Below, in pieces: positions 61,693 to 64,000 of a stretch of 64,000 bases of DNA. The translations under genes and the position numbers were made by a program. Position 1 is the first letter of the stretch, and the number at the start of each line of letters is the position of its first letter. Below the pieces are notes generated by a model that did no database searches, was not told the origin of the DNA, and was given only the letters and a program-made list of their open reading frames with translations. This DNA comes from Chloroflexota bacterium (lineage in GTDB: Bacteria; Chloroflexota; Dehalococcoidia; Bin125), in assembly GCA_026705025.1 (NCBI GenBank), contig JAPPBN010000030.1, forward strand, positions 12,822 through 76,821. Reading direction: 5' to 3'.

Positions 61693-62610
61693 TCAGGACT
61701 CTAGGACGGCCCGCGCCGAGTCCCACTCCGCGGCAAACTCGTCGCACACGTCCACCGCCCTGCCGAAGGTCACTCCCGGCTTCGACTTCATGTAGCCGAT
61801 CAGCCGCTCCAGCATCGAGACTCGGCCAGGTCGGCCAATGATGTATGGGTGCATCGTCAGTGTGAACACGCCGCCGCGGCGGTAGATCTCGTCGAAGGCG
61901 TCGCGCCAGGTCGACTCGACCTGTTCCGGCGCAGCCTGCAGACGGCGGCCGTCTGTGGGCGCGAAGACGAAGTAGGGGTAGTCGTCCAGGGCCCAGTGAA
62001 TCGGCAGTTCGACCAGCGCGGAGTCTCCGGTACCGACCCAGTATGGTGCGTCGGAACCCATCAACGACGAGTCGTAGCGAAAGTCGCGCTCCGACATCAG
62101 GGCCAGCGAAACGTCGCTCAACTCCCACGATGGCGACCGGTAGCCAACGACAGCCTCGCCGGTGATGCCTTGCAGGATGTGACTGCCCTTGTCGAGGACT
62201 TCCGCCTCTTCCTCGGCCGAGAGGGTCGCTGGCGGCTCATGCAGGTAGCCGTGGTGGCCAATTTCGTGTCCGGCCGAAGCGATCTGCTCCACCGTTGCGG
62301 GGTTGCGTTCTGCGACCGAGCCGGGAATGTAGAACGAGGCCCGCACTTCGGCTCGCGAGAGCGCGGTCAGGATGTGCGGCACGGCAACCGTCGGTCCGTA
62401 GTCGCCGAACGAGCGGGCCGAGGGTCGCTGTTCGACGCGAGGATCGCGGTTGATCATCCCCGATGATCCGTCGACGTCGAAAGAGAGTACGACGGTGCAT
62501 TCGGCCGCGCCGTCGTCGGTGTCGGGAGACCAGAGCGCCGCTCCGCAGGCCGGGCAAAATCGGCGGTCGCCTATCCACGTGCAGTGAGGACAGTCATGGG
62601 CCATCTTCAT
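61693..62610 (-). CDS. polysaccharide deacetylase (NodB-homology) family protein with N-terminal zinc ribbon
   Basis: 305 aa. CPHC..(10)..CPAC, then LSFDVDG and HEIGHHGYLH NodB-type motifs. Confidence 0.75.
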   Translation of the reverse strand: MKMAHDCPHCTWIGDRRFCPACGAALWSPDTDDGAAECTVVLSFDVDGSSGMINRDPRVEQRPSARSFGDYGPTVAVPHILTALSRAEVRASFYIPGSVAERNPATVEQIASAGHEIGHHGYLHEPPATLSAEEEAEVLDKGSHILQGITGEAVVGYRSPSWELSDVSLALMSERDFRYDSSLMGSDAPYWVGTGDSALVELPIHWALDDYPYFVFAPTDGRRLQAAPEQVESTWRDAFDEIYRRGGVFTLTMHPYIIGRPGRVSMLERLIGYMKSKPGVTFGRAVDVCDEFAAEWDSARAVLES

Positions 62611-62651
62611 TGCTCCCGGACCAGTGGGGCTTCAACTTGATTTGCCGACCT

Positions 62652-62743
62652 CCCTCTCCATCTGGGAGAGGGCCGGGGTGAGGGTCCGGTCCTCGGAACG
62701 TCCCTAGGGCCCTCACCCTAACCCTCTCCCGCAGGGAGAGGGG
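62652..62743. repeat. two REP family 2 copies in inverted orientation
   Basis: ccctctccatctgggagagggccggggtgaggg ... ccctcaccctaaccctctcccgcagggagagggg. Confidence 0.8.
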
Positions 62744-62764
62744 ATTAGAGAGGAACTCGCAGGC

Positions 62765-63808
62765 TCAGGCGAAGTCGGTGATGGTGACGAAGCCGGTGGT
62801 CTGGAATGTCGTCATCGATTCCACCACGTCCGGAACCTCGTCGATCGAGATCGTCTCGCTGACGATCGTCTCCGGCTGCAGCTTGCCCGATGCGACCATG
62901 TTCAGCATCGACGGATAGTTCTGGTTGGGCAGGCCCAACGATCCGCGGAACTCGATCTCGGACATCGTGATGAAGTCGATCGGCAGGCCAACCTCGCCCG
63001 CTTCCTCGGCCGACGTGATGCCGATCTGGACATGCACGCCGCCCTTGCGCAGCGAGTTGACCGAGTTCAGCATGGTCGCCTTGATGCCCAGTGCATCGAC
63101 CGAGACATTGGCGCCGCCATCGGTGATCTCGCGGACCCTCATGGGCACATCGTGCTCCAGTGCGTTAATCGTCTCCACGGCGCCCTGAGAACGGGCCAGG
63201 GAGAGCTTGCCTTCCTCGAGGTCAACCGCGATCACCTGTGCGCCCAGCGCAGCGGCGACCTGCACCGCCGACAGACCGATTCCGCCGCAACCGTTGACCA
63301 CGACCCAGTCGCCGCCCGAGACCTCGCCGCGGTCGGCAACGCCGTGGTAGGAGGTCATGAATCGGCAGCCCATCGCCGCTCCGGCCTCGAAGCTGACGTT
63401 GTCGGGCAGTGGGATGGCGTTGAAGTCAGCGCCGTGGATCGCCGCCTTCTGCGCGAATCCGCCAGCGAATCCGGCCTGGTTGTCGCAGATGTTGGGAAGT
63501 CCGACGCGGCAGAGTTGGCAGTTGCCGCAGCCGTTGTGGAACGGCGTCAGCACCCGCTGACCAGGCCGGATGTGCTCAACTTCGTCGCCGACCGCTTCCA
63601 CCGTTCCCGCCCACTCGTGGCCCAGCACGACCGGCAGCGGGAGTTCGAATCCGACCCATGAGAGGTCGCCCTGCCAGAGGTGCCAGTCTGAGCGGCAAAC
63701 GCCGCACGCTTCGACTCGGACCAGCGCGTCCTTCGGTCCGATTACGGGGTCCGGAAACTCCCGGACGACCAGTGGCTGGCGGACGCCTTCCATCACAACG
63801 GCTTTCAT
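62765..63808 (-). CDS. zinc-dependent alcohol dehydrogenase family protein
   Basis: 347 aa. GVCRSDWH, GHEWAGTVEAVG, structural Zn Cys cluster GCGNCQLC, GCGGIGL. Confidence 0.85.
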   Translation of the reverse strand: MKAVVMEGVRQPLVVREFPDPVIGPKDALVRVEACGVCRSDWHLWQGDLSWVGFELPLPVVLGHEWAGTVEAVGDEVEHIRPGQRVLTPFHNGCGNCQLCRVGLPNICDNQAGFAGGFAQKAAIHGADFNAIPLPDNVSFEAGAAMGCRFMTSYHGVADRGEVSGGDWVVVNGCGGIGLSAVQVAAALGAQVIAVDLEEGKLSLARSQGAVETINALEHDVPMRVREITDGGANVSVDALGIKATMLNSVNSLRKGGVHVQIGITSAEEAGEVGLPIDFITMSEIEFRGSLGLPNQNYPSMLNMVASGKLQPETIVSETISIDEVPDVVESMTTFQTTGFVTITDFA

Positions 63809-64000
63809 GATTCAACTCCTTACCAGGATCTGTGCGCTCTCGAATCTGACCAGAAGCTAGCAGCTTCAAGGCTACCTAGATTCCATCGACGAACGCGGGC
63901 CAACTCATGTCGGACGCTCGGACAGGGTCACGCTCGCCGTCACTTCATAGGCCCGCAGGCCATCCCGGAACTTGACACGTGGACCACCAACCGTCGCGGT

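Noticed and set aside
63905-64000. Open minus-strand frame ending at TGA 63905-63907 (...VKFRDGLRAYEVTASVTLSERPT*).
   Set aside because: Only 31 codons lie inside the window and no motif is recognisable. It is too little to call.

Overview
GC-rich bacterial chromosomal window. It carries F420-linked enzymes, many family III CoA-transferases, SDRs, crotonases and GGGAGAGGG-type REP hairpins. This looks Chloroflexota- or Actinomycetota-like, but lineage cannot be fixed from the sequence alone. Most genes are accessory catabolic genes. Four things stand out. (1) At 24.6-28.9 kb on the minus strand lies an operon of five paralogous lipoprotein DsbA-like thioredoxin-fold genes. The ORF caller split each at a single in-frame TGA sitting exactly where the first Cys of the CXXC redox motif belongs (UGGC, UGNC, UPHC, UPSC, UGGC). 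Each TGA is followed 21 nt later by the same GGCUC-loop-GAGCC hairpin, so this is a tandem array of predicted exported selenoproteins. (2) selD (57.5-58.6 kb) also has an in-frame TGA at the catalytic Cys position, plus a hairpin with the same stem sequence. (3) A visibly AT-richer single-gene island (53.0-55.6 kb) encodes an 840-aa ABC-type ATPase + Toprim (OLD-family) nuclease-like protein and is flanked by gene remnants. (4) A phage-like colinear module at 33.0-44.8 kb runs terminase small/large ... scaffold, capsid, lysis cassette. Its middle is occupied by CoA-transferase genes and it is bracketed by inverted MFS paralogs. Other features: an orphan c-di-AMP (ydaO-type) riboswitch, GAAC-N4-GTNC operator-like dyads in front of duplicated small genes, 10-bp phased repeat arrays, and REP families, one of which forms the linker of a fused two-module CoA-transferase. 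No rRNA, tRNA, CRISPR array, transposase or integrase was recognised. All calls are by eye; no searches or computations were run.
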